NCBI GenBank assembly: GCA_040954595.2
Contig: CM082577.2
Coordinates: 14,453,903 to 14,517,902, forward strand
Direction of reading: 5' to 3'
DNA: 64,000 nt
Source: Balanoglossus misakiensis
Taxonomy: Eukaryota > Animalia > Hemichordata
Shown here: positions 47,224-58,139 of the stretch, piece by piece
Layout of the letters: the number at the start of each line of letters is the position of its first letter
Position numbering within the stretch: position 1 is the first letter of the stretch
Notes under the pieces: generated by a model
What the model was told of the DNA's origin: nothing
Databases searched by the model: none
What the model saw: only the letters and a program-made list of their open reading frames with translations
Made by a program: the position numbers and the translations under genes

Positions 47224-47547
47224 CAGGGTTCTCTTTGCCCACGATGCCTTTGACATGCTTGGGAATCTTGATTTCCATCTTCCCGGCTGTTTGGTACCGA
47301 CATTTCTTCATATGTACCCGGAGCGATGATTTACGCTTGTATCCCATCCCGCACCATTGACAGACATGTCTCCTTTCTTCCGTGTGTGTCACCATATGTT
47401 CTAGGAGCGCGTATCTACGCCTCGCTTCATACGGACACACACTGCATTTATAGGGTTTCTCGTCGCTGTGGGTTGTCAGGTGTCTTTTCAGATTGCCTTT
47501 CAGTGCTGAGGCAAAGCCACAGATGTCACAAGTGTATGGCCTGTCAT
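47224..47547 (-). CDS. C2H2 zinc-finger gene, main exon (three Kruppel-type fingers)
   Basis: RPYTCDICG..HLTTH-SDEKPYKCSVC..HMVTH-TEERRHVCQWCG..HMKKC. Acceptor tttgcttcttcag|, donor G|GTAAGT. Confidence 0.8.
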
Positions 47548-47736
47548 CTGAAGAAGCAAACAAACCAAAGTCCAATTATTCAAGCCTCAAAAAGTGCCAT
47601 GCATATCCATATGCTGGGAACAAATTTCGCCAATGTAAATACCAAGAATGCATATGCCAGACATGTAATCTATTTTTGTCCCCTTTCAACTAATTAGTCC
47701 TACTGTAATATGGACAATGAGTCCGAAATACAGTTT

Positions 47737-47767
47737 ATAATAATAATAATAATACTAATACTAATAC

Positions 47768-47820
<53 letters not shown>
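47737..47820. repeat. (TAA)n microsatellite with a few TAC interruptions
   Basis: Directly visible. Lies in the predicted first intron of the zinc-finger gene. Confidence 0.95.
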
Positions 47821-47821
<1 letters not shown>

Positions 47822-47886
47822 GCATACTAAAATTGTACGGGTAAAATTATCATTTTTCATCACGGAACTGAACAGATTATGTTTAC

Positions 47887-47902
47887 CTCTAGTCGGTCTC
47901 AT
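47887..47902 (-). CDS. Possible first coding micro-exon of the zinc-finger gene (MRPTR)
   Basis: ATG AGA CCG ACT AGA G|GTAAAC, phase 1, which matches the next acceptor. In-frame stop upstream. Confidence 0.4.
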
Positions 47903-48401
47903 CTTCGAATGGGTCGTCTATCTATGTTCGCTGGGCCGGGAGACGTTTGACGTGTGTCGGTGGTGTCAGAGTTGGGCAGAATGTCACGCCCTATGCGACG
48001 ACCGTAGCCGAAGTGGTGGCGTAACGACCTCTCCAGGCCTGATAATAGGTGGATATGTGGCATGTCAGCGAGTGTTGACGGTTCTTATTCGCGTGGGACA
48101 TCGTACGGGTGTTTTAAATTCCCATCGACCAATTAGAAAGCGCGGGCGGGGTGCGCCGAAGCTCTGTCCATAGCAAAATGGAGGTGAATAGTTTGCTGGT
48201 TACAGTGTGGTCAAAGGCTTAGGCACGAAAGACGCAATAATTTTATAGTGATCCCCCCCCCCCCTCACCCGGTTCATTTTGACATAGTCTTGTTTACAAA
48301 ACCCGTGGAGTGTAGGGCACTGCCTTTATTTACAAACATACGTAGATATATAGTGAATTCATGGTACAGACAAATTAAACAGAAATTGATTTAGTCTTCA
48401 T

Positions 48402-49061
48402 TTATTCTCTAGATGACCGATAACTATTACCACTTGTCACCCGAAAAACCTTGGGCATAACAGTTTTCATAACTTCGTCGGACCAGTAAACAGTGTTGTT
48501 ATTTTGAAACTGGAACACATAATGTAACTGTTTATTCATTACATATTCGATGCTGGTGCTGACGAGGCGACAAGTAACGTGTTTATATCCCATCCTATTC
48601 TGACATTTTCTACAGGTGTCTTCGAAAGAATCTGGTCCATTTAAAAAACACCAGTCACTATTCATTCGTTCTTCTTTGCCTCGCTGGAATACTTCGAGTT
48701 GTGTGTGCATTCTAAAAGGGTAACCTCTGTTCAAAACTATGACCCTACTTCGTGGCCATGTATGAGCGATTTCATTGTCCGCAAATTCTCCTGTAACATT
48801 GTGATTCCTAATTGTATATGCCCCGGATCTGGCGTGCACCGTGATTCGGTCAGGCGCTGAACAATCGCGGCGAACGATTATGCCTGGCCAAGTTTTATAC
48901 AAACTGGTTGGTGTCGCAAGATTAAAGTCAGACCGTTTTAAGTTTGGGGAGTCTTGAAATCTTAAACAATAACTGGCAGCCTGATCGATGCCAGCACATT
49001 CAGGTATAGTCGCAGAAATAATACACACGGCGATACATAGGAGGTGTGAAATGCCCTGCAT
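48402..49061 (-). CDS. Secreted paralog of the 23504 metzincin lacking the zinc-binding motif (pseudo-protease)
   Basis: Shares SYCLxF, LYxxWPG, CSxPxRITxHxR, IAHxW, IVLNR, DWCF and CxxC. HEIGHVIGHDH is replaced by KQLHYVFQFQN. Confidence 0.8.
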   Translation of the reverse strand: MQGISHLLCIAVCIISATIPECAGIDQAASYCLRFQDSPNLKRSDFNLATPTSLYKTWPGIIVRRDCSAPDRITVHARSGAYTIRNHNVTGEFADNEIAHTWPRSRVIVLNRGYPFRMHTQLEVFQRGKEERMNSDWCFLNGPDSFEDTCRKCQNRMGYKHVTCRLVSTSIEYVMNKQLHYVFQFQNNNTVYWSDEVMKTVMPKVFRVTSGNSYRSSRE

Positions 49062-49095
49062 GATTTCGGTTTGGTATCAAGTCAAAGCAATGTCA

Positions 49096-52080
49096 TTAAT
49101 AAGCGTTTATATGACCAGGGGGGTTTGGAAGTGAAACGTCTACCCATATCTGACTCAACCATTTCGTCATAGGATCTTTCCCTTCGCCAAAAGCGTCTTC
49201 AATTCGAGGACAGAAATGAAACATTTCCAAATGTCCAACGCCTGATACATTTTTGTCGGAGTGGTCGTTTTCAGACAAATATTTGTAAATGATTTGCGAA
49301 GGCACATATACATGTGTCGTCTTCTTTGCTACAACTCGCAAACAAGAGTGTTCGTCGTCCGGACTATTTGTTAAAAAACTACTTGTATATGCGGGTGTTG
49401 CTTGAATCCGCGGCGTGTTTGTATAGTGTATGAATGGTTTCGAGTGAGACGTATCTCTCAAAAACCAATCGGAAAGCATGTTTTTGCCAGGAGAACTTTG
49501 CAAGTAAGACTCCAATGGAAGTGTACCCAATATAGGCGAACCCCATAGTTTTGTCACCGCCCTTACACAATATACATAGCACTTGGTGTGAGGATGGTCG
49601 TGATTCCATTTATAGGGTTCGTATATGAATTCCGACGTTAGATCAGTGTCAGTTTGTTGTGAAACCGTGGGAGTAGTTCGGCTTGTGATATTACATTTAT
49701 CAATAATCCACTGTATCGCTTCTGGACGTTTGACGTCGCAAGATATCACGCCGGCTGGAATTCTATTTATCGTGTCAAGTATTGTACAGTAACTTCCACT
49801 CTTTATCACGGCAGGATCGATTGAACATTCTGAAGCTATTATGCTCATGTGCGATTCTCTATGATGTTTTGCTACCGACAATGAGTGCAAAACAAGGCGT
49901 TGAAAAGCCTTCCATGCAGGAACCAACATTTTATACTGGAGACTCTGGTGTCGTTCCACAGATCCCAATAAAGAATGTCGACAAAATGTCATATTATTGT
50001 AATCAAACCCTTCCGCAAAAAATAAATCACGTATTATAACTTTGGAGGCATTCAACATTATCGACATAAATTGACCATTTCGGTTTGGAAGGCAGTATGC
50101 GTATGTCAGAGTGGGAAATAGATTGACATATTGTCTGTATACATCTTGAATAACCTCACTATCATCTCGTATACATCGTAAAGCATTTGAAGTGACAATT
50201 TGTGCACATTTCTTAGGTTGAAGACCAATTTCTATACACCACCATTTTGGGTATTTGTCAAGTACAGTACTTAGATATCGTAAGAAATTCACTTGGGACA
50301 GTGTTAATCGATTACGAGCGTAAGATTCAAATAATTTTAACACGCGTGTCCACGTGGCCTCTGGAATGCCCGGCGGCGAATGACTGGGGGGATTTAACAT
50401 CAAATTCCGTTCCAAAATATCCAATGCATTAATATAGTTCACCTCGTAGAAATCTCCACACTCCCAACGTTCTAGGCATTGAACAAATGTGTCAAATACT
50501 GGTAACCATACGTGAACAAAAACACTCGTATCCAATGTTTCAGTGGGTGGGTGACTTTGATGTAATATTAACAATTTCTCAAACAACCTTTTAACGATAA
50601 ATACTAAACCAATCCGACTGCTACTTATGCACGAAGCAATGTCCAATGTGGCGAAATAGTTAGTAGGTGTGCACGAAAACGTGTCCACCCAATGCATTCT
50701 TATGCTATTTGCCAGGTCCACGTGTGAATCCGCCCATGTCTTTAGGAAGTTGTCGAATTTTTGTTCTGAAATAAATGTCTCTACCTGCGTTGCAACTGGT
50801 CCGTCTGCTAACGCAAACGCGGCTAATTGAACAGTTGATAAAATATTGTCTTGCGTGCGGGATCCTGCAATGTTATGGAGAAAAAATGCCCACAGATAAG
50901 CGAATCCCAATTCAATGAGATTTCGTTCTCTAAGTCTGGATGCCGCTAGATTAATTTCGGTTGTTAAGCTATGCATATTTTCATCCGACAGTGTTTGTAA
51001 TAAAAAATCTGGCAAGCTTGCGATCGAATTTTTTGGACTTGTCAGGCCCCACGCGTGTATGGCTTTAGACACATCCGCGTGTAGTCCAAGGGATGAACCT
51101 GTACGTGCTATTATCTCGCTGAAGTCAATATTAGTACTTGTAATATCTAAAAATCTGTCCAATAAAGACTGTGTTTTACGAAAAACATCTAGTAAGCCCA
51201 ACATAGACGACTTGGAGGTCTCGTGGACACATGCAACCATGTCTTGAACTTGATTTCTCGCGTAACAAACTTTCCAACCTACCGGTGTAAAGCACTTGCC
51301 TAACAACGAATTAAAACCGCCTAACGTCGTCTGCCTTGCTGACACGCGTTCAATTTTTTTTAACTGTTGACCACGACAACGTGCAATGTCGGTTAATCGT
51401 TGTCGCATAATCTTTTCCAGTTTATCATCTGTAAACTTTCCTTCGCCGCATAATGGAAGACGTCGAATACACGGCCTCTCTTTTTTCATGGGTACTGGGC
51501 CGTGTAGAGCCTTTTTAATTTCACCTCGTTCACCCGGGCCCTTTAATTTGAAGCAATTCCCCGTAGAATTTCTTATACCACTCGGCTCTGATTCGTGCTT
51601 ACACGTCTTCGAACAGACGCTGTTACCGCCTGAAAAGTGACTAACTACCAACCCATTCGAAAGTCTGCATGTGCGTCTACGCAATTCGTCTTTTGACAGA
51701 CACAGTGGGGAAGGAAATATTGGATAATTACGTCCAATACGTTGAGTAGTCTGAAGAATCATGGACAATAAAGCTGGGTCCTCAAGTCCCGAACGCCCTG
51801 TAATATTCGCGATTTGAGTTCTCGATAAATCCCCGCATTTGGGAAAATCACGTCGGGAAGTTACCACCACACAGGTTCCATCTTTTGAGACAACGCGAAC
51901 TGCACCAGCATAAATTAACGGGTGCGTTAGTGCGAGTGTTACGGGCTGTTTCCAACCTAGACCATAATTTTCCACCAATAATTCGTAGTCAATTTCACTT
52001 GTGCGTGTTACGACCGGTCCCGATAAAATAGCCGAGTATGGGCCATCATTCATACGATTCAGCTCGAAAAGATATAGCAT
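49096..52080 (-). CDS. Large hypothetical viral protein (994 aa)
   Basis: Long uninterrupted ORF, no motif recognised. Confidence 0.75.
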   Translation of the reverse strand: MLYLFELNRMNDGPYSAILSGPVVTRTSEIDYELLVENYGLGWKQPVTLALTHPLIYAGAVRVVSKDGTCVVVTSRRDFPKCGDLSRTQIANITGRSGLEDPALLSMILQTTQRIGRNYPIFPSPLCLSKDELRRRTCRLSNGLVVSHFSGGNSVCSKTCKHESEPSGIRNSTGNCFKLKGPGERGEIKKALHGPVPMKKERPCIRRLPLCGEGKFTDDKLEKIMRQRLTDIARCRGQQLKKIERVSARQTTLGGFNSLLGKCFTPVGWKVCYARNQVQDMVACVHETSKSSMLGLLDVFRKTQSLLDRFLDITSTNIDFSEIIARTGSSLGLHADVSKAIHAWGLTSPKNSIASLPDFLLQTLSDENMHSLTTEINLAASRLRERNLIELGFAYLWAFFLHNIAGSRTQDNILSTVQLAAFALADGPVATQVETFISEQKFDNFLKTWADSHVDLANSIRMHWVDTFSCTPTNYFATLDIASCISSSRIGLVFIVKRLFEKLLILHQSHPPTETLDTSVFVHVWLPVFDTFVQCLERWECGDFYEVNYINALDILERNLMLNPPSHSPPGIPEATWTRVLKLFESYARNRLTLSQVNFLRYLSTVLDKYPKWWCIEIGLQPKKCAQIVTSNALRCIRDDSEVIQDVYRQYVNLFPTLTYAYCLPNRNGQFMSIMLNASKVIIRDLFFAEGFDYNNMTFCRHSLLGSVERHQSLQYKMLVPAWKAFQRLVLHSLSVAKHHRESHMSIIASECSIDPAVIKSGSYCTILDTINRIPAGVISCDVKRPEAIQWIIDKCNITSRTTPTVSQQTDTDLTSEFIYEPYKWNHDHPHTKCYVYCVRAVTKLWGSPILGTLPLESYLQSSPGKNMLSDWFLRDTSHSKPFIHYTNTPRIQATPAYTSSFLTNSPDDEHSCLRVVAKKTTHVYVPSQIIYKYLSENDHSDKNVSGVGHLEMFHFCPRIEDAFGEGKDPMTKWLSQIWVDVSLPNPPGHINAY

Positions 52081-52180
52081 CGCATGACAATAATTTATCT
52101 ATTTAAAGTCGCTAATGTACGTATATACGTGGGCATAGAGCGGGGGGAGAGAGGGGGAGAGAGTGAGAAAGAGAGACAAA

Positions 52181-53719
52181 ATGGCGTTCACATACTTACA
52201 CTTTAATATTTTTTCGGTATGTCGGCTAACGTACATAACAGTCCACAGTCAAGAAGAAAAGAAACCCAAAGTAGCCACATTGACAGGCATTCGGAAAAAG
52301 CGCCCGAAACCACACTTATATTCTTACGAATCTGTCACACATTTAGGAGAACATATGGCTCGAAAGAGTTCAAGTATTTTCGTGACTTTGTTCGACAGAC
52401 AAGTATGTGAAGGCGGATTCACTTTAGACCATTGGTCTTTCACGAAACCTCCTCAAGAACAAATTGTGGAAGTCACGAAAGTTGACCATACTTTAGGGTT
52501 TTGTGGAACCAATGGATCTTCCGTGCGTCAGATCATTGAATTAGTGTATGTTGGTACGGATATTTTGCCCAGGAAATTTTCTAAACGAGCCACCGAAGAC
52601 CCCGTCCATCTTTCTGTGAAATCAGTACACGCTATAAAGGCGTGGCTGGGGAAACATTTACCAGAAAAGTCGTCTCCTTGTTATCGTTGGACAGCTTGTA
52701 ATGTAGCTATCCCGACGATAGCGATGACGTTGCTAGCTTCGGAAAGATCAAATTTACGGTGGACCAAAAGCACCTTTGAAGATTACATGGACTTATGCTG
52801 GTTTCTCGCGCAACAGGTGTATGGATCTCAACCAAAGACAGTGCTGCATTTACTCAATATAATTGGCGTAATATCACACATATCTCCACTGCAGCCCGAA
52901 AGTCTTCTATTAGATCATGTAAAACCAGATGGGTCTTATTCTGGTTCAATATTGGAGAAATCTTTATTTGCCTTCGAGTTACTCTTGGCTGCATTTAAAA
53001 TGAGATATAGAGCGAAACAGTTTAATGGCGTTTATGACATATTTCACCCCGCTTTAATCGAAATACAACATGCTGACGACACTGAGTATATTTACCCGTG
53101 CCTGATCGCAAAAAGTACTTTAAAATTAATTGAGTTTGGAAACCAGACAATTTATGTCGACTTTGGACAAGATTTGTTCATAAAGAGTCTATTACACGAG
53201 TTTTGTTATGAGTCAAATGTGGATACATTTCCGACTCCTCCCTTGGGATATACATTTCTGCCCTTACAAATGTGGTTTTCTCAACTAAGAGTAAAAACTC
53301 TGTATTATATGCGTAATGATTGCTCCAAACCGTCAGCGGTTGTTTTGCGTGGATCAACTATAGTTGAAACGCTGCGCGTTCGGTATGGCGTTCGAGTAAT
53401 GCCGACAGACCAGTTTTACGCGGATAGCTTTGGACAACTAGTGAAACGCCTGTCGCTACCTGAGGTGCCGTTGATTACGCAAGTACATATAGATCATTGC
53501 GAAGATAACAGCCTCCCAGCGACAGAGACACATCCGTGTTGCTTGCATAGGCTGTATGGTAACGCGCGAATGTTTCAGAAACATAAACTAGATCATTTTC
53601 TGCGGGACGAGAAGTTAGACGCGCGTACACATATGATTAATCTAGTCACGTCTCATACAAAAATGTCACATGTCATTAAGTTTTTCGTGACGTTCCTACG
53701 GGAACGGGATACAAAATAA
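52181..53719 (+). CDS. Hypothetical viral protein (512 aa)
   Basis: Long ORF divergent from 49096..52080, with AATAAA overlapping the stop. Confidence 0.75.
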   Translation: MAFTYLHFNIFSVCRLTYITVHSQEEKKPKVATLTGIRKKRPKPHLYSYESVTHLGEHMARKSSSIFVTLFDRQVCEGGFTLDHWSFTKPPQEQIVEVTKVDHTLGFCGTNGSSVRQIIELVYVGTDILPRKFSKRATEDPVHLSVKSVHAIKAWLGKHLPEKSSPCYRWTACNVAIPTIAMTLLASERSNLRWTKSTFEDYMDLCWFLAQQVYGSQPKTVLHLLNIIGVISHISPLQPESLLLDHVKPDGSYSGSILEKSLFAFELLLAAFKMRYRAKQFNGVYDIFHPALIEIQHADDTEYIYPCLIAKSTLKLIEFGNQTIYVDFGQDLFIKSLLHEFCYESNVDTFPTPPLGYTFLPLQMWFSQLRVKTLYYMRNDCSKPSAVVLRGSTIVETLRVRYGVRVMPTDQFYADSFGQLVKRLSLPEVPLITQVHIDHCEDNSLPATETHPCCLHRLYGNARMFQKHKLDHFLRDEKLDARTHMINLVTSHTKMSHVIKFFVTFLRERDTK

Positions 53720-53769
53720 ACTTCTGTATAAATTTAAACGTGTAGTCAGAAATGACATAGTACAAGAAA

Positions 53770-54369
53770 ATGGCAGGGTTAGACCATCTATACCAATTTG
53801 CCGTCCTGCTTCCGTTTCACGACTCGATCTGTAAGTATACGGGTGAACCGAAATCGCCAAAAGACTTTCATTCCGTGTACTTCTGTACAGGTGACCAATC
53901 ATCGTCTACTCATTGCGAGGTTTACGCAGTTCCACCGGGTGAAAACGTTCCCTGGAAAATGTGTGATATTCCAACCAGCACCAATCTCATAGAAAAATGC
54001 AACAGAGGCAAAAATATCATGATATCAAAATCTGCGTTTAGAAATGCCCAATGGAAACGCGGTGCGTTCCGAAAGAAGTCCCGGAAAACACCGCAAAATT
54101 TAGACTCCGCCCAAGCTATAATGGCTATCGCAAACTTGTATTATACTCGTGCGATATGTACTGCAGATATACACGTACAAGTTTTTATACAGGAGAAATA
54201 TGACATATTCAGCGAGGGTGGATTCCGGATAGAACTATTGCATGATTTTTCGCACGATATTGACCGAGAAATTGGTGAATGCCTGGTACAGACTCATACA
54301 AACTTATCGATCTTTGGTAAGAACAGACTACACAGTCGGTTTTGTTTAGGGGTTAGGGTTAGGTGTTAA
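53770..54369 (+). CDS. Hypothetical protein (199 aa)
   Basis: ORF with good ATG context in a gene-dense run. Confidence 0.6.
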   Translation: MAGLDHLYQFAVLLPFHDSICKYTGEPKSPKDFHSVYFCTGDQSSSTHCEVYAVPPGENVPWKMCDIPTSTNLIEKCNRGKNIMISKSAFRNAQWKRGAFRKKSRKTPQNLDSAQAIMAIANLYYTRAICTADIHVQVFIQEKYDIFSEGGFRIELLHDFSHDIDREIGECLVQTHTNLSIFGKNRLHSRFCLGVRVRC

Positions 54370-54463
54370 GATATCTATTTTTAGAGTGATGAATCCAACT
54401 ATATTATTACGGAACGCTACATGGATTAAACTTAAACTCTGACTTGTTGATGTTTTCTGGTTT

Positions 54464-56647
54464 ATGCACTCAATAGGATATCCCAAGGTCCTACACTACA
54501 AAGATCCCGTCCCAGCCAAGGTTAATAAAGAGTCGGTGATGGCAGCTTTGAATACTCCGGACAACTGGAGCGTTTTAATTGAATTTAACCCCGTATTGCG
54601 AGACGTACAAGCGTATAGTTTACAAGATCTAAACGTGTGTGCCGAGTGGGGTCACAGAGGTACTTCGAACATTCTGTTAATTTTTGCGATGGACAGAGAT
54701 CGAGAAAATATGTTTGTGTTGTTATGGGCGTTACCGGCAAGTGCCATTCGCAAGATGTATATGCCAAATCCCGCCGACACAGAGGTTGTGATTTCTAATG
54801 ATGTATTACAGAATGCCACGTTCGTATTTCACGTGTTGCATGCAGCGTCACCTTTACATAGACGCTGTTCATACGCCAGTAAGTTTCGACTGAAGAGAGA
54901 TGCTATAAGTTTCAAGCGAGCTATTGCCATGTACCCAACTTGCAACGAAACACATGCCCACGTGTTGGTAGAGCGGAAACAAGATCGTTGTCAGTATATG
55001 CGAAATGGTGCACGTATTTTATTCACGTACAATATTAACAGTAATTCGAACGCCATCATTTATGTTAAAGCCCCGCCCAGTTTTTTACCGCGTAAAATAG
55101 CAACGTGTGAAATTCCCAATGATATATTACGCTCTGTATCAAATGAGACAATTATTCCGCCAGGAATCTTTGCGGAGGCGCATTTTTTAGAAAATGCGTG
55201 GGACTGGAACGACGAAATACCGACGGTCCAATTAAATCCATTTCAGATTATATACGCAGTGAAGGCTTTGTTTTCGGTGGGATTAGGTCAAGACAAGGAT
55301 TGGAATCATCGTTTTACTGCAAGCAACGCGATTTGTTGGCCGTCTGATGACGTCATAACCACGACAGAACAATCATTCCTAAATAGGTGCTTTAAATTGC
55401 CCACATTTTCAACATGGACAGACGTAGAAAACGACATATTGTGTCAGGGCGACCGATCATATTCAAACCTATACTGTCACGCTGACAAATGCACATATTG
55501 GTTAGCTCATCAGAGAACTTTCGTGGTTGTCGAGTCCAAACCATCGATTGAGTCTTATTTGACAACCCCTACTCGTGTTTTATACGTCGCAAACAAGTGG
55601 CATCCCGGAGCGGGGATAGCAGTATATTCGTGGAAAACTCGGGATATTCCGCGCCCACTTGCTATTATCGATAGATCTTCAGAATCGTTTGACAATATTT
55701 GGTCAATTTTGGGTAATTTTTCACGCGAGTGTATTGCTTTGCGCAACATACCAATGAATGCCAACAGAATTCAGACAGACTTACACTTTGAGGGTCTACA
55801 CGCGCAATCTGTCAAGCATTTCGTGGAAAACCCCGATTCGAAAATTTTCTTTGACGCTGGCTTGTTGTCATCGGATTCCAAGTGGTTCCCGGAAGCGTTC
55901 GCTATCTGGGAATATCCTCAGATCGAGGGACATGCGTGGGGGTTTGTCAACATGCTACAACGAGCCGTTTCTGTGTACGCCATGTATCAGAAGTATGCAT
56001 GTGGTTTTACCATAGAACAACCGGTGGCAAAACTAATGCAAGAAAAGATAGAAATTGCATCATGTGATCCAAATGCGGCATGTCTACAAAAGATAAACAC
56101 TATGGTCCGTAATGAATTCGAGAGAGCAGAATTGGTCTTCTGGTCGGCGTTGGTTGAGTTCAGACAAGATGTTAAACATTACGTTACGGGATTACCGGTG
56201 GAAGTTAAATTCAGTTCAGGTGACATAGAAAAATCGAACAAACTATGTTGTTTCACTTTGGTTGGTACACACATACGACCCTTTTTGATTGCGCACCTGG
56301 ACAAAGACGAAAGTTTGGTTGAAATGGTAGTTGATCTAAAGGTGATTAACTGTAATTATTTCAACCATGCAATGAGTTCTAACCAATTCTACATTAACTT
56401 CGCGTACGGTATAGACAATTTCTCGTCCAGATGCCAACAAATGAACCAGTTTGAAATACTGGCTTGTTTATGGGCGATGGTAGAACAACGGGGTCACACC
56501 ATGAACGAAACATTGGTTAATCTGTTGAAGCGTCACATGGTAAAATACTTTGAACAAGACCTGACGTGCCCTGCCACTACACTTTCAGGCTTGCAGGTAT
56601 GGGCGAAAGAGTGGCTGGATTCTCTCATAATTGACACATCCCTGTAA
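54464..56647 (+). CDS. Hypothetical viral protein (727 aa)
   Basis: Long uninterrupted ORF, no motif recognised. Confidence 0.75.
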   Translation: MHSIGYPKVLHYKDPVPAKVNKESVMAALNTPDNWSVLIEFNPVLRDVQAYSLQDLNVCAEWGHRGTSNILLIFAMDRDRENMFVLLWALPASAIRKMYMPNPADTEVVISNDVLQNATFVFHVLHAASPLHRRCSYASKFRLKRDAISFKRAIAMYPTCNETHAHVLVERKQDRCQYMRNGARILFTYNINSNSNAIIYVKAPPSFLPRKIATCEIPNDILRSVSNETIIPPGIFAEAHFLENAWDWNDEIPTVQLNPFQIIYAVKALFSVGLGQDKDWNHRFTASNAICWPSDDVITTTEQSFLNRCFKLPTFSTWTDVENDILCQGDRSYSNLYCHADKCTYWLAHQRTFVVVESKPSIESYLTTPTRVLYVANKWHPGAGIAVYSWKTRDIPRPLAIIDRSSESFDNIWSILGNFSRECIALRNIPMNANRIQTDLHFEGLHAQSVKHFVENPDSKIFFDAGLLSSDSKWFPEAFAIWEYPQIEGHAWGFVNMLQRAVSVYAMYQKYACGFTIEQPVAKLMQEKIEIASCDPNAACLQKINTMVRNEFERAELVFWSALVEFRQDVKHYVTGLPVEVKFSSGDIEKSNKLCCFTLVGTHIRPFLIAHLDKDESLVEMVVDLKVINCNYFNHAMSSNQFYINFAYGIDNFSSRCQQMNQFEILACLWAMVEQRGHTMNETLVNLLKRHMVKYFEQDLTCPATTLSGLQVWAKEWLDSLIIDTSL

Positions 56648-57200
56648 TTGGCTACTGCCGCCAAACAAGACCACCGTCCGAGGAGATATACGTTGGGGAT
56701 TCACTCTGCGGCCGCTGAGGGCGTATGTATTCATGTCTGACAAAATTCCAATGGACTAACATAGTTATATGTCTGTTAGTACACGTCAGCTGGCATAGCC
56801 GGAAAACACGACAAGGCTAACCGCAGAAAGAGTGGCTGGATTCTCGCATAATTGACACATCCCTGTAATTGGCTACTGCCGCCAAACAAGACCACCGTCC
56901 GAGGAGATATACGTTGGGGATTCAATCTGCGGCCGCTGAGGGCGTATGTATTCATGTCTGACAAAATTCCAATGGACTAACATAGTTATATGTCTGTTAG
57001 TACACGCCAGCTGGCATAGCCGGAAAACACGACAAGGCTAACCGCAGAAAGAGTGGCTGGATTCTCGCATAATTGACACATCCCTGTAATTGGCTACTGC
57101 CGCCAAACAAGACCACCGTCCGAGGAGATATACGTTGGGGATTCACTCTGCGGCCGCTGAGGGCGTATGTATTCATGTCTGACAAAATTCCAATGGACTA
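56607..57200. repeat. ~2.7 tandem copies of a 221-bp unit
   Basis: aagagtggctggattctc... recurs at ~56607, ~56828 and ~57049. Confidence 0.9.
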
Positions 57201-57441
57201 AACATAGACAGTTACTAAACTTTTATTAATAAATGTGTGCTTACCGAATAAAATACCTCATAACATTCAAAATGTGTGTATGGTTATTTCGATCGAAGCA
57301 ATTACAATTGATAAAAAAACAAACCACTGTGTCCTGATTAGCGCACTTTCACCTTGGGATGGTCAATGCAAGGTTTAAAAAGTCACAGCCAAATGGCGTT
57401 ACAACTTGATATGTCCTTGAGCTCCTTTCGTTATATGTCTG

Positions 57442-58041
57442 TTAGTATACGTCAGCTGGTATATCCGGAAAACACGACCAGGCTAACCACAAAATGAATG
57501 CCATGGCCAAATCATCCCGTTTATTTAAAGCCTTTCCATTAAAGGACATTTTCCCGTCCACTTTAATACTCCGTTTAAAATCGCGCAACTGCGACAGAAG
57601 AATTTCCATCATCGCATTTTGATCGTCTTGTGTCGGGGGCCTTGACATGCCTGAGGAATTCGTGAGACACTTGCCCACACTAATTAAATCATTTGCGAAT
57701 GATACTAACCCGTTTGTTACAATTAACTGAGCTAGGTGAACTAGATTTGCTTTATTGCGCGTCCAAATGCCAGTTTTCATCTTTCCGTCTCTTCCGGTTT
57801 CTGTTTCGAAGTGTGTCAATATACCTCGTTGGTCGAAGTAATCCCCTACCTCCCGAGACATTGCAGCAGAATGGGCGTGTGACGTGTTTCGTTCTATATA
57901 GATTCGAACAGGATACTCCGATAACTTTGGGTATTGCTTGAATGCATATTCCACGGACTGGATGCACAAAATGGTATGCTTGTGTAATAGATTTTCAATG
58001 TCACGCTGCGATTCAGCTACCACGTGATCTAGAGCAACGAT
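57442..58041 (-). CDS. Herpesvirus terminase ATPase/nuclease subunit (UL15/UL89-like), last exon
   Basis: Acceptor cttctccttgtctgttccgctcgtag|, then IVALDH (cf. UL15 IFALEH), VRIYIERN (cf. VAVEGN) and KRDDLAMA (cf. DDLMVA) RNase H-like nuclease motifs. Confidence 0.85.
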   Translation of the reverse strand: MVALDHVVAESQRDIENLLHKHTILCIQSVEYAFKQYPKLSEYPVRIYIERNTSHAHSAAMSREVGDYFDQRGILTHFETETGRDGKMKTGIWTRNKANLVHLAQLIVTNGLVSFANDLISVGKCLTNSSGMSRPPTQDDQNAMMEILLSQLRDFKRSIKVDGKMSFNGKALNKRDDLAMAFILWLAWSCFPDIPADVY

Positions 58042-58139
58042 CTACGAGCGGAACAGACAAGGAGAAGTGGTTACGAAACAATTAAGTTATTTTTGTATAA
58101 GAGTGAGCCTCATATGTCAAACAAAACATTTAGTGTAGG

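Noticed and set aside
47224-47290. MEIKIPKHVKGIVGK as a KH domain start
   Set aside because: The GxxG loop is incomplete and the spliced continuation does not resemble a KH domain.
54346-54370. ttaggggttagggttaggtgttaag, telomere-like repeats (cf. herpesvirus telomeric integration repeats)
   Set aside because: Only about three degenerate units, inside an ORF end. Too short to call.
56776-57185. Two 62-aa minus-strand ORFs ending like the terminase
   Set aside because: Products of the 221-bp chimeric repeat, not independent genes.
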